Below, one piece after another: positions 12,468 to 26,400 of a stretch of 64,000 nucleotides of DNA; within the stretch, counting starts at the first letter, position 1, and every line of letters starts with the position of its first letter. A program made the translations under genes and the position numbers. The stretch covers positions 46,068,001 to 46,132,000 of the forward strand of contig OZ249436.1 in the NCBI GenBank assembly GCA_965235115.1, given 5' to 3'. The stretch is from Laetmonice hystrix. Taxonomy: Eukaryota. A model generated the notes under the pieces. The model searched no databases and was not told the origin of the DNA. It saw only the letters and a list, made by a program, of their open reading frames with translations.

Positions 12468-14542
12468 GGCAATCTGCCACCTCCGTTTGTGACCCTCCTG
12501 TAAGACGCTGGATTTCCTCCTGACGGCGGCGAGCGGGGGACTGACTCAAGGCAGACACTGTGGGGGATCCCTTGTAAGATGTCGAGTATCCTGTAACTCG
12601 TGGCTGGTGGTCAGTTTGTCGGAGGCTGAGGGAAGCCTTGTAATGACTGATGATGGCGATTGTCAGACTTTCTGAGTGAGGGTTGACGGTTTGGCGCCAT
12701 GTTGGCAAATAAGGCAATAAAACCATTCTGAGTGAAACCTCTCGACTGCACCCAAGCACGAACAGATGCTAGTCCACTGAGGCACAGGAGTTTCGCCTTG
12801 GCAAAGTTTTGTAGCTGAATTAATAGGCCTCGCTAGTATCAAGAATAGCCTATACAGGAAAACTGTACTTTTGACACAAATGCATTGTCACTGAATTATC
12901 ATTCGACACCAAGAATGTCTGCTGAGCATGAGACTCAGGCACTGAAAGTTGATGTTAAATCCTGTTAAGATAGTTAGTCCTAACAAAAAGTAGAAAAACA
13001 TTCTTTTGGCTGTCTACGTACCGCAAATAGACGCACACGTGCCAGATTTTTACAGCAAATGGCGGAAAGATCACATGATCAGGTCATGTGACCTAAATAG
13101 CGAATCGTCGAATAATCTTGAACTAAAAGAGCAATGACGCGGACCTACCCCGGACTAACCCCGGTCTCCCCTACCCCTACAGTGATATCGAAAACATTTT
13201 TTTGGTGGTGGAGGGGGGCAGCTAGGTCCTGTTCAGAGCATTTTATAGGCTGTGTACGCAGCAGCGGTAAAATTGCCAGAACTCGACCCTCTCTTTAGGC
13301 CCACTGAGCCATGATTCGTCGGGGGGGGGGGGGCGCTTCCGACATCACTGCCCTAATTAGGCCTACTCCTTATTCAGCCTACTCGATAGGGGTATAGACC
13401 TATGGAGTGCGGATATAGCACAGCATCTAGAGGGCCAAGAATTCCCCATGCATTGGTATGTTTATAGACCACGAGACGAAAACCTGTTTAGGGTAGGCCT
13501 ACCTTAGCTCAATAGACATCATGACCTGTAATTCAGGGAACAATTTTCCACAATCGCAGGAATCGAAGAGTAAACACGCCAGGCCGAATGCTCACCAGTG
13601 GGCGGGATGGAGAGAAACAACCGCGTGCCTTGCAACAGTTGTTTTGATGAACGCCTGGTATTTGCTAATCAATGACACGACTGTAATCATCGTAATCATA
13701 TTAATCCCATTGGTCGCCCATTCCCGGATTATCTAAATACATTTAGCTTTGCCTGGCAGACAAATCTTTGTGTTTACCTACCGAGTATGCAGCAGCTGTG
13801 CACTGGCCGTATGTAAGTCGGGGAGGGATGCGGGGGGTTGATGAGGGAAAAGGAGATGGGGGACGGGCCAAACAGGCATAGAGGGGCGGATCTTTAAAAG
13901 GGGGGGGGGCACGGTATTAGAAAAAAGTGATTTAAAACGTATTTAATTAATATATAGTCGGTGTGGACAGAATCAAAATACCAGGCAAATAGAGCTGAAG
14001 AAATAATATTTTACCCCCCCCCCCCCCTTCATACAAATATCTACAAAATTCCGAACAGCCTCAAGCCTATGTTAGGGTTAGTTGTCTGTGAACTGTAGAT
14101 TGGTTCGCATTTCATTGATGACCTTTGACCCCAGGGATCACAATATGCCGTCCTACTGCGCCATATTGACACTAAAATACAAATTGTTAAAAACGTATCA
14201 CCAATTTGTGCACACGTGACACATAATCGATATCAGTTTGTAATAAATCATTTGTCATCTTAATTAAGAATAGCGGAATGACATTTGAAGCTAAAGTGCT
14301 ATCGATCACACTTCATCTTGGGAAAACAGCAATTGCTAAAGTTTTGAGAAAGGAGCCCGGTCTTTGAGACTGGATTCTAAATAGTGTTTCCAAAGTGTAA
14401 TAGAAATTAGGGAGGTATCAAGTAGGGAAAGACCCCCCCCCCCCCAGTAATTATGGAAAAAATGCCTCTTTTGACATAGGAGTGGCCGCTTCAATTCATG
14501 GAATTAATATGTTCTAATGTAAGTTAGCCCTTGGAACCTTAA

Positions 14543-14985
14543 AGGGATGGAAAACACACACGGCAAATAAGGTTTCGTAGACCAATTGAAACACCAGCAT
14601 TTACCTCAGGGCAATAAATGCCACAATTACGTTGTCTGAATGAAGTAATTAACGTGTAACTGCCCGATGTGTGACGCCGCTGGTTGTAGCCTTGCTCTGC
14701 TTGTGTGTTCATCACCTCGGACGTTTACAAACGTTGGGACTCCAAACATCGTGTAGACAAGGTTTGTGAGCAGAGTAACACGTACGCAATAGACTCTATG
14801 ACGTGGTGTGCAGCATTCGGCTCTGATGAACACACAAGCAGGTCAAGGTCAGAACCAGCGGTGTCACACATCGGGCAGTTACACGTTAATTACTTCATTC
14901 AGACAACGTAATTGTGGCATGAGGTAAATGCTGGTGTTCCATTTGGTCTACGAAACCTTATTTGCCGTGTGTGTTTACCCTCCCT
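14543..14985. mobile_element. Kolobok-like MITE with long TIRs
   Basis: TTAA on both flanks (14539-14542, 14986-14989), termini AGGG...CCCT, and inverted arms of ~170 bp. Confidence 0.75.
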
Positions 14986-15811
14986 TTAATCTTGCCCCTA
15001 TAGCATTTTTTTGTTGTGGCGCCATAAAATCGATAATTATATTCATCAATTAGTGACAGATATATGGTTAAAATATTAAATTGTATATTAGACCTGCTCG
15101 TATGTTAATCCTTAAATTCTATTTTCGAAAATAGTTGTGTACAACTTCCTCACTTTTTTTCTTTCATCCATTATACAGTTTGTATATCATAGAGTTAAAC
15201 ATGCCTTCTTTCCTTGTCCCCTTCTCTTTGACTGTAGAACGGTCCGCGTGGCTCACTGATTTGCTCTCCAGATGGCAACGTCCTTGAAAACCAAACCAGA
15301 ATGTACTGTGGTCTGTCTGAAGGCTCGTGGCCAGCCAGCATATGCATGTTTTTGCGCCTTCCTGCCGTCTATCATTCTTTAAGATGTTATAAAATTTACA
15401 GAGAATCGATACGATGGAGGACGACAGGACGCCAAGTCAGATATACAAATATAATATCCACGTGGGCGGATCGAGATCTTGTAACTGGCGAAAGGACGAG
15501 GCCGTCTGGGATTCACCAAGGGGTCTGGGGTCAATTCCCACAGATCATGTCAGTTCTAGTTTACCCCCCCCCCCCTTCCCACTGTATACGGCGCTGGTCC
15601 ATCGAGAGTATATAGAGTTCCCTTTAGCCTATGTATTACAAACATAGAGGCATATATTATGTAGCAGAATCAGATAGATGACATCGACATGCGACAGGCT
15701 TCAAAACGTCAGATGATATCTTGGATAATTTCGTTTGGAATAAATTATTAGGGGTATTCCGCGTTCCGTCACTAACACGTCTATGGCGTAGGGCGTCTAT
15801 GCAATAATAAG

Positions 15812-16620
15812 CCTATCAGTCATACCGGGCCTGCGACCAGGTTACGACCGAGCTGCGACTGTAAAATGTTGGAATCGCAGGCAAATTATAGAAAGAGCGT
15901 GCGACTGGTCGCAGAGGTCGTGAGTCATCGCCAGAGCAAAATCAGTCGCAGCAAGGTCGATGGTCATGTCCAGCAGCCCCAGTCACACCGGGCCTGCGAC
16001 CAGGTTATGACCTAGCTGCGATCGAAAAATGTTGAAATCGCAGGCAACTCGTAGAAAGAGCGCGCGACTGGTCTGCAGAGGTCGTGAGTGATCACCAGAG
16101 CAAAATCGGTCGCAGCAAAGGCCGATGGTCATGTTCAAAACTTCTGACCTGCGATTCCAAATCGTAAGAGGTGACAGACAGATCCTATAATGATCGTACC
16201 ACCTGCCGTGCATGGTCGCACCACCAGTCTTGCATGATCGCAGGTCAAGCAGTCGCACGATTGGTCGTGCTACCTGACGATTGGTGGTGCCATCTGTCGT
16301 ATGACCTCACGATCGTACTGCGCCCAGTAACGACCTGCCCCGACTGGTTGCACGACCCTACAATTGGTGGTCGCCACGATTGATCGTACGATCGATCACT
16401 GATCGCCACCACTAGTTGCACGATTACCTACGATTGATCTTGCAACTAATCTTCCCCAATCGCAGGTGATCGCACGACCAGGCGTAGACCCTCTACCACC
16501 AATCGTACGATGACTAACCACCATGGAAGGGCAATCGCAGTATGCGACCGCAAATGGAGATCGTAGCAAACATTGCCGATCGGTCGTACCTGGGCCAATT
16601 TACCACCAATTGCACGATCC
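15812..16620. mobile_element. DNA transposon fragment (Harbinger-like) with a duplicated left end
   Basis: CAGTCA(T/C)ACCGGGCCTGCGACCAG block present twice (~15817, ~15980), followed by GGTCG/CGATC-rich internal repeats. No matching right end seen. Confidence 0.5.
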
Positions 16621-17642
16621 AGACCCCCATATTGTAAATAATATATAATAATATTATATTGGTCTACATTGAAGTGTGAATGTTTAAAAGTTCTCTGAAT
16701 GTTTTTTATTCAATATGTACATTATTCCGGGCATGTGTAGATAACTTAGACCTGCTCGTTACGTTAATCCTTATTGAACTAACGGGAAGACAAACGCTGC
16801 TTGGAGTTCTCCGACTGCCAGTTTTGTTTAGTCAACGTCATCGTCAAATTACTAGTGTCAAGAATGCTCGTTGACGTTAAAGCCGCAAGAATTTGTCTGA
16901 ATTGTCCTTCATTTACAATTAATATCACTGTAATTATTCACGTTTTTTAAATGTGTGATCTTAGATGGAAACCATCAATTATTTGGTTAATATTTGTCAT
17001 TCATTGTCGACCATAATTATGTTTAATAAGCAGCATTTCAAACTCCTCCATTCACTTCGCGTTATTTGTTTAGGAAAGTTTAGTTGAGGGAGGCTGCGGC
17101 CCTTCTCACTGTCAGAGTCCGAAGTCATCAGGAAATTTCCTTGCGCGTGACAATTAGGACACATAAAAAAATTAGGCCCTACTTGTTAAGCGTCCATATT
17201 GTCATAATTTTCATATTTTATTTATTTATTCTATGGAGTGGCGGCGTGGCTGGAGGAAGAAGACATCTGTAATTTATGGCCAGAAGTCAAGTTGAAAAGG
17301 TACAAAAGATAGAAACTTTAAAGCTATAGAAATTGAAGAAGAAAACATGAAAATTGCCGTTTAAATCTATGTTCATGTGAAAGTTAAACTTGTACTGTTC
17401 TTAATGGGGGGGAAAACGTTGTTTTGGCCGTTTTTACACCTTATTCAAGGGTTCTATGAAAAATAATACATGTAAAAAAATCGGGTGGGTATGTGACCAT
17501 AGCGATTCGATTGACAGTTAAGACCTATATATGGGGTGGGGCGTCCCACTGTCGATTGACAGTTAAGATCTATATATGGGATGGGGCGTCCTCATAATCC
17601 GTACACAAAAGGTAGACTAATACTACCGTTGTCTAAAAGCTG

Positions 17643-19670
17643 CACAGAAAAAAATGCCAAGATAGAAAGGTAGTCAAGTAGGGGTAGATTCTTAGTCAAA
17701 TGGGGGGTTAGTCACATTTGACTAAGTTTCTAATACTTAGTAAATAGTCTATAGGCAATATGGCTAAGCCTCGGTCGAATTTCGCGCATTTTTAGACAGT
17801 GCAGCCAATAGCGAAGGGCCGACTACATTTTCCAGTCAATAGATCTAAACCCGCACGTCAAGGTAACTATATCTATAATAAGCTCTTCGTAAACATACTT
17901 AGAATATCGCAATTCACTGAAAGTTTAAAAGACTGTACATTAAGAGGTCCCACTGATGTATTTTGTTTCGAAGTTTCATCGTACAATCTTTCGATCCCCG
18001 ATTATCGTCCAAGCATGCATGGTGGCTATAGACTAGGCCTGTTTGGGAGACCTACCGGGAGATAACCCAGTAACGAATAATGTTGCTAGCCCTAACCCCG
18101 GGGGGGGGGGGGGGGGGGGGTTCAGGGCGTTCAAATCCCCCTAAAGTTTTGCAGATCATATACACATCAGTGGCGTAAGAAGATGACAAAATGTGTGTGT
18201 GTGTGGGGGGGGGGGGGGGCTCATCTGATACTGAACCGAGCGCTGAAGGCGCGACGAGCGCCGCAGGCGCGAAGTGTGCAACAGAGGCGTAGGAAGCTAT
18301 TCGCAGTTGGGGGGGGGGGGGGGGGGGGGGGGGCAAGTTTGTCAGTATTAGTGTGCGCATATAGGCCTATATGTACATACGTGTACACAACTGTAGGCCT
18401 ATACACCATATTAATTGGTCCACAACCTTAATATTGGGGGCGCCAAAACATAGCCTACTCTGCCCCCCCCCCCCAACTTTTTCATTGGGGGGCCATGGCC
18501 CCCCGTCCCCTTTTCCTACGCCACTTTTCCAAGCGTTGTAAGCGCGAAGCCCTGCTAGGTGGTCCGGGGCATGCCCCCCTGCAAAGATTTTCTTATTTAA
18601 GGTGTAATTTAGTGATATCGGGTGCATTTTGGATCATAAAATAAGGTCTTAAAATTTATGCACTGCTGCAGAGGGGGGCTCTGTGAGCGCGAAACTCCGA
18701 AAGGCTGCTGGGGGGTCCGGGGGCAACCCCCCAGGAAAGTTTTGAAATTTAAGATGTAATTTGGTGATATGTGGTGCATTTTTCATCATAAAGTCACTGG
18801 ACCCCCACTTGATGTCACTGTACCCCCGCTATAGACTAACGTTAGTGAATATCCAGCATTAAACCTTCCACACCAGTTAGGCCTACATTTACTAATTTAG
18901 GCCTAAAGCTAGGACCAGCATAAACATACCTTCATAAACTGGAATAAAGGGGCCTTATGCAGTGCTTGCATGGAGACACACGCGATCGCACTCCAACGTG
19001 CGCCCAAATTCCAATGGGTTCAATTGACATTGGGAGTTGGCGTTTAACTATGTATGAATTCATGTTTACATTGGAGTTGGCATTAATAGACAACTTATTT
19101 TTTTTGCAGTTTTGTGAGCAATAGGATTATCCTATATAGGTTAAGATTAGAGGGACGTTCGCCTTGGTGGTAGATGCGTGAACTGTGGGTACGATTTTGA
19201 GTAGGGTTTGGCGGTCAGTTTGTGCTGCGAGGTGTGTGTGTGTTATCTCCTCTATTTCTGTTGGTTGACATATTTCCGTCAGGTCACTTAGTACTTTGTC
19301 TTTGTGCTGTGCCTTCAAAATTCCTCGTGGACTTATTGTACATGTGCATTAAAAAACCTTGTGAGATATATGTAATTTCTTCCATTTGTCGATCATGTTG
19401 TAGCCTCCTTTTGCGTCATTTACCCCCGTAGGCCTATTGGTGCACTCAGTATCAGCCAGTTGTCATCATAGCCGCCCTGCACCGTATTTGAGAGGGTGTA
19501 ATCGGAGGTGGGAAAAGTCGAAGACTTAGTCAAACTGACTAAGAATCTGACTAATGCCCAGTCAACAACCCCTTAGAAAGTTCGGACAAAAAGACACCGA
19601 CGTTTGACTAAGTTAAACTTAGAAAGCCAGTGATTCTGACTAACTTTCTACCCTGGCATTTTTTTCTGTG
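17643..19670. mobile_element. Non-autonomous CACTA/EnSpm-like element with nested insertions
   Basis: TIRs CACAGAAAAAAATGCCAAGATAGAAAGGTAGTCA / TGACTAACTTTCTACCCTGGCATTTTTTTCTGTG, 2-bp TG on both flanks, subterminal GACTAA repeats. Confidence 0.65.
18167..18525. mobile_element. hAT-like G/C-tract MITE nested in the CACTA-like element
   Basis: Ends CAGTGGCGTA... / ...TACGCCACT with poly-G and poly-C tracts. Confidence 0.45.
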
Positions 19671-20118
19671 TGCCCTATACCACTCATGGTGCTCTCACAA
19701 AGCTCATCCTCAACATATCCTCGGTATGTAACTACACAGCAGCTGCTGGGATCCTTTTCAACCCAAGTCGGATCATCAGTTACGGACGGGTCAGTTTGAA
19801 GGGGCGGGTGTGCAGTGAGTCGTGCTGTACCAGAGAGTGGTTGTACTGAGATGTTAGCTCGATCCAACTGTGTGCTCCTTAGGCAGGAAGAATCGATGTC
19901 ACGTGTCCTTTGAAAAAGTAGTAATTACATTATGGAAATGATGTATGATGTATTTGAGGAAAACTATTTTGTCATTGAATCAAATTATTTTTTAAGAGCC
20001 TTCTTCACATAATTTCTTTAAGACAAACCCCCGACAGCTTGACAAATTAAAAATGTAGGATAGAGCCTGTGGCAACAGTGAGATATATGGAGCGCCGTTG
20101 GTACTTTTATTCAGCACT

Positions 20119-20310
20119 TACAGATATCTTCAAATATTTGATGATATCTTCAATTCATTAGAAGATATCTCTAATTCATTTGAAGATACATGTATCTTCA
20201 ATTCACTTGAAGATATCTTCAATTCATTTGAAGATATCTGAAGATCAGCATCTATACAGATATCTTCAAATGATTTGAGGATATCTGTAAATGAATTGTG
20301 GATATCTGTA
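20119..20310. repeat. ~21-bp GATATC-containing degenerate tandem/inverted repeat
   Basis: GAAGATATCTTCAATTCATTT-like units on both strands. Confidence 0.75.
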
Positions 20311-20972
20311 TCTCCGGCGCAAACCTGCATGGAGGGTTTCAATAAGCGCGTCGGACCCATAGCGGCGGAGGGGGGGGGGGGTGTAGCGGCACAAAGGACA
20401 TTGCCTGTATGGTGTAGGCCTACCCCTGTCTGTGCCCAACTAACCCCTCCCTGACTGTAGTCTATACATTGTACCTCCATTCTCACCCTCGGGCGCTACA
20501 CCGGGTGACCCCAACCCATGGTGTACCCCACCTATACGTAGACTATACCCTGGCTGTATACAGTGTAGGCCTACACCTCTCTCTCCCTGACTGTAGTACA
20601 ATGTATATACAAACATGTACTTCCACCCACACCCTCTGGCGCTATACACCCCACCCCGCTGACTGTGCCTACCCCTACCCACACCCTGGCCGGACAAGAG
20701 AACCTCTGACGCCACTATAGGCGTCGGTCAGACAATGCCGTCCCTGGGTTGTAGGACCACGGTGGGCCCGCCTAGAGGTGTAATCTACGTCATCCAATCG
20801 AATCTTCTAACGTATGACCTCTGGGGTGACTTAACTGATTGCAATACCAAATATCCTGAGGGATCTGAGCAGTTCTGTATAACCTTTCTCAATATATCGA
20901 TCGGTCTATCCAGGGGCAAACCGTAATCCTGAGGTCTCATAATAATAATCCTATAATAATCAAAGCCCGTTT

Positions 20973-21798
20973 TTATCTGCCATGTGCTGCCCTGTCCTGT
21001 AGGCTAGGCCACAGGCGCCACCCACAATTATTTTTTTTATAGATCATTATCTGCCATGTGCTGCCCTGTACTGTAGGCTAGGCCACAGGCGCCACCCACA
21101 ATTATTTGTTTTATAGATCTTTAATTATCTGCCACGTGCTGCCCTGTCCTGTAGGCTAGGCCACAGGCGCCACCCACAATTATTTTTTTTATAGATCATT
21201 ATCTGCCATTGTGCTGCCCTGTCCTGTAGGCTAGGCCACAGGCGCCACCCACAATTATTTTTTTATAGATCTTTATCTGCCATGTGCTGCCCTGTCCTGT
21301 AGGCTAGGCCACAGGCGCCACCCACAATTATTTGTTTTATAGATCTTTAATTATCTGCCACGTGCTGCCCTGTCCTGTAGGCTAGGCCACAGGCGCCACC
21401 CACAATTATTTTTTTTATAGATCTTTATCTGCCATCTGCTGCCCTGTCCTGTAGGCTAGGCCACAGGCGCCACCCACAATTATTTTTTTATAGATCTTTA
21501 TCTGCCATGTGCTGCCCTGTCCTGTAGGCTAGGCCACAGGCGCCACCCACAATTATTTTTTTATAGATCATTATCTGCCATGTGCTGCCCTGTCCTGTAG
21601 GCTAGGCCACAGGCGCCACCCACAATTATTTGTTTTATAGATCTTTAATTATCTGCCATGTGCTGCCCTGTCCTGTAGGCTAGGCCACAGGCGCCACCCA
21701 CAATTATTTTTTTATAGATCTTTATCTGCCATGTGCTGCCCTGTCCTGTAGGCTATAGGCCACAGGCGCCACCCACAATTATCTTTTTTTATAGATCT
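20973..21798. repeat. Tandem repeat, ~74-78-bp unit, ~11 copies
   Basis: Unit TTATCTGCCATGTGCTGCCCTGTCCTGTAGGCTAGGCCACAGGCGCCACCCACAATTA(T)nATAGATC. Confidence 0.95.
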
Positions 21799-22089
21799 AG
21801 AGATCTATCAGCGAGGGCCCCATGCCCGAGACCCGCAGGAGGCACATCGGTTCCGTACTGGTAGTATCTTGTGTCTGTATTTGCAAGGCTGTTTATGAAA
21901 CAACTAGGTTTCACATAGGCCTATTGCAGCTAGCAAACCCATGGGCTGCAGCCGAAAATGATAAACTTGCATCCGTCCGGCAGCGCAGATCGCAGCGTTA
22001 AAACGCGGTATGGGTGCAGACCGGGCCTACTTGGGGCGAGGGAACGCTTAGAATGTAGCTGGAAGATAATTCCTCGTCAATTCCATGTG

Positions 22090-22276
22090 CAGGGGCGTAG
22101 ACAAGACTTAGTGGTACAATCGGGGGGGGGGGGGGGGGCTATGGATGGTTGTTAACTTGAAGACTGTGCTAGAAAACAACCTGGGGCACAAAGGTCTCTG
22201 CTGTCCTTTAAAAATCGGAGGGGGGGGGGGGGGGGAGGTTCAGCCCCCCCCCCCATCCCCCTTGTTTACGCCCTTG
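22090..22276. mobile_element. hAT-like G/C-tract MITE
   Basis: Ends CAGGGGCGTAGACAAG / CTTGTTTACGCCCTTG. Confidence 0.5.
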
Positions 22277-22809
22277 GTGACACATTGATTAAGTCAACAG
22301 TTATCACTTGTTTGTTACGCCCCAGTATTACAGGAGCCGTGTAGGGTTGGTTATAGGCTTACCTGGGGTTTCAAGCCCTTTGGCTTCATTTGTTTGGTAG
22401 GTATAGGCTAGACGATGCTCTGTCTAGTTATAGGCCTACCTAGGTCTATATTATCCAGCTATCCAGCCTTGGGTCTCATCGCCACCTACATCTAGGCATA
22501 GAGTCTATGGGCTCACATGCTAAACTTTCCAGCTATAGCGTCTCCCTACAATTTTGAATACTATCGGTACCTTGTTTATTAAATGCACAGTTTCGCGAAC
22601 TGAATGAAGTATGAATGTGAACAGAGATGAACACCTCACACACAGTGTCCGCGGGCCATCACAGACATGGTGCCAGCGCCACCTGGAGAGGAAAAATAAC
22701 ACGATGGCGCCACCTATGTTTATAAAAGATTAACCCCCCTGCCCAGCGAGCGTCGATCCCTATGGTAAATACTCAAACCTATCTGTAATATACAATATAC
22801 ATGTACAAC

Positions 22810-22994
22810 CAGTGGCGGATCCAGTGGGGTGGGGGCGGGGAGGGTCCTAGGGTCAGTATCCCCCCTTTGGCGTCAATTTTTCTCTTTTCCCCACAGAGCT
22901 TTCTGAATTAACTGTATTGGACCCCCCCCCCCTTTTTTTGCCAGCTCCCCCTATGGACCCCGCCCCCCCATTCCAAATTCCTGGATTCCCCTTG
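22810..22994. mobile_element. hAT-like G/C-tract MITE
   Basis: Ends CAGTGGCGGATCCAG / CTGGATTCCCCTTG. Confidence 0.45.
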
Positions 22995-23371
22995 ACAATA
23001 CATGGAGGTACAAGTAATGCGTGGCTAGGCCAACATTGTATCCTATTTCTCATAGTTTCCTTCATCTTTTGGCAAAGCAGTTATGACTTATCCACTTTGC
23101 CTTGCCGTTTCCATCGCAGCGCCACCTGGCGGTTGATAGCTGAATTCCGACACTATTACACGATGACGCAGGAAATACGATTTCTTTTTTATGGCATATA
23201 AACTGTACTGGCTTTTCCCCCTGCCAAGTGGCAGTCTAAGCAAAAAAGGAGCACACTGATATAGATGTCGACAGTCAACAGTTCACAAATTCAGTTCAAA
23301 AATATACCCGTCATTAAATTAATATTGAAGCGCCCCTAAAAACACAACGCAGTCTAGTCCACTTGACTGGC

Positions 23372-23377
23372 TTTATT
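23372..23377 (-). terminator. Polyadenylation signal of RPL17
   Basis: AATAAA on the minus strand ~35 nt after the stop codon. Confidence 0.7.
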
Positions 23378-23411
23378 TGAACTTGCAGACCACTATACAT
23401 TTCTATTATCA

Positions 23412-26400
23412 TTAGTCTCGCATCATTGCCTTCTGCTTTTTGAGTTTCTTCTGCGAGACCTTCTTGACTTCTTCCTCCTCTGGCTTGGCAATGGCCTGCT
23501 CGCGTTCTGCCAGTATCACTTCAATGTGGCATGGGCTGCTCATGTAGGCTGCAAACACCAGACAAACGTCATTATACATGTGGGTTGTAAACACACGATA
23601 CTAACTTCATTATACATGTAGGCTGCAAACACCAGACAAACGTCATTATACATGTGGGTTGTAAACACACGATACTAACTTCATTATACATGTAGGCTGC
23701 AAACACCATACAAACGTCATTATACATGTGGGTTGTAAACACACGATACTAACTTCATTATACATGTAGGCTGCAAACACCATACAAACGTCATTATACA
23801 TGTGGGTTGTAAACACACGATACTAACTTCATTATACATGTAGGCTGCAAACACCATACAAACGTCATTATACACGTGGGTTGTAAACACACGATACTAA
23901 CTTCATTATACATGTAGGCTGCAAACACCATACAAACGGCATTATACACGTGGGTTGTAAACACACGATACTAACTTCATTATACATGTAGGCTGCAAAC
24001 ACCATACAAACGTCATTATACATGTGGGATGTAAACACACGATACTAACTTCATTATACATGTAGGCTGCAAACACCATACAAACGTCATACATGTGGGT
24101 TGTAAACACACGATACTAACTTCATTATACATGTAGGACAACAGGCACCTCAACTGTGCTACATTGGATGGAGGTAAAAACCTGGGTAAATTTGTTAATC
24201 CAATAATTGTTTTACTTTCATCTGACACAGAAATTTTACAAAGTATCAAAGCTATTTGTGGCGACACCTCAGCCATTTACAGATCATAAACTGATAAAGG
24301 TATCGAGGCGACTCAATTTTCTGACAAGAGGTACGGTTGACAAGAGGTTAACTTACGGTTGATGCGTCCATGGGCACGGTATGTTCTCCTTCTCATCTTA
24401 GGGGCACGGTTCACCTGGATGTGTTCGATTACCAAGTGATCAGTGTCAAGACCCTGCAATGAAACAAATTACAAACATAATATCTTGTAAACTACAGCAA
24501 CATGACACGACTCCTAAGTGAATCCTTTGATGGTTAATCCCAGAGGGATAATTATTGACGTTCATCACTTCAATTGGGATTTTGAAAATACATCATTGAC
24601 ATCAGTCAGAATGAACATCTAGCACAACATACGCTTAGTTTTTCATATTGGAATACAGGAAAAATCGGTTTAAAATTGAAGAAAAATAACTTCTTTTAAT
24701 TATCCCAAGATATGCTTCACAACAAATCTGTATTTCCCATATATATCCTTCACAACAAATCTGCATTTCCCATAGATCCTTCACAACAAATCTGCATTTC
24801 CCATATATCCTTCACAACAAATCTGTAATCCACATACTCAATACATGTATAAAGAACAGGTCAAGCTGGGAAAGTAAAATCAAAGATATCGACCGAGAAG
24901 ATATTTTCCATAACAGTACATCTCAAAACACAAGGCAGATGTGATTAAAACAATGTTAATGTTTATGCTATTACAAACCTTGTACTCAGCATTGCTCTCA
25001 GCGTTTTTGAGCAACTGAAGCAGGAACTCGGCACTCTTCTTTGGCCACCGACCCTGTGTAGCCTTCCAGTTCTTAGCCTGTCAAATAGCAACACAAATTT
25101 TCTTTCATATTGTAAGGTCTACCACAGATCTTAACAAAGGGAGCCCTTCACATAATTATATCCTTCTAAAAATCTCTCGGATACAAAAAGTAATAGGTTC
25201 CAGATTTATTGTAAAAGTTTGAATAAACATTTATTTAGAGTAAATTGGGACTTTTTTTTACATCAATTAACCTGGTTAGTTTAAAAATTTGCTGGCCCTG
25301 ATTACTGGATCAAGTGGACACCAAAGACTTACCTGAGCACATCTACCAACACCACCATTGTATCTTCTGAATGGGACACATTCTGTCTTATCCATTACAT
25401 TCTTCAGGTAACGGACAGCACGACGCAAATGCATACTTTTGATGTTGTGTGCAGTTTCTCGGGTATTCTGAAATATGATTGACATTACCATGAAGACTTC
25501 TTGACAAGTATAAGGGAATTGATCCAATGGTTAAAATAAGTTATCAGTAGACATTCTTAATCAGTGGGAGCACTCAGTTCAAACTAGTGTCTATTTGAGT
25601 ATTATCCATAGCACTTCTTGATAAATTAAGCTCATATAATTCCAATTTTGTGTCTCTCCCATGCCATTCCTGTCTAAATCTCATTCTGGTTTCAAAACCA
25701 TTCTAAATAATCTCATGTGAGCCTAATAGACCAGCAATATTTCTAGAGATAGAGGTTCAAATGACTATTCCTATTAAATACAAACCACTTACCTTGAAGT
25801 GTACCCGAAGGTGAGACCCACGGGCCTTGGCCGCTGTAATGTGAAAAGAAATGAAATAATATACCAAATGACAATATTTTTCAGCTGTTCAGAATACCTA
25901 GAATTTTCCCCCTTTTTTCCCACAAACCAAAACTGAAGCCGGGCAGGCCTGCCCGGCACCGATTGTAGCCGCCCAGCTCAAAACGAAAAAGGTTCAAGTG
26001 CCGCCAGGCAGGAATTTTTATTAGGCCTATCATCTGATATTGATAAATGTGTGTACATATTAACTTCTCCTACCGTCTCTTGTTCATTCATACCAAGGTG
26101 CTAACCAAATGGCCCCCACCCGTACCCCGCAACTGAAAACCTTGCTCCTTTGGTGCTAGCGCAAAACCACTGCCCGGATATTTCTGGGCACATCCCTGAT
26201 CATATGTATCGGGTAGGAGGTGATCTGGCCAATGTGAGTGAGGAGTTAGTGTTTAATGCCCAGTCAGCACTAGTTCAGAGCTCAGGGTGGGAACAAGGTT
26301 TTAACTAACTCAGTCTCACTCTGATAATGAGATGATAGGAAGAAACCTGTGCACCGGTTTGAACCCCTACTCTATCCGATTCTATTCTTTCTATTCAATG

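Noticed and set aside
11729..12759. 243-325 aa repetitive ORFs
   Set aside because: Derived from the 42-bp tandem repeat, with no supporting splice structure or homology.
24516..24570. C-box GTGATGA with terminal stem in an RPL17 intron
   Set aside because: No CTGA D box next to the stem.
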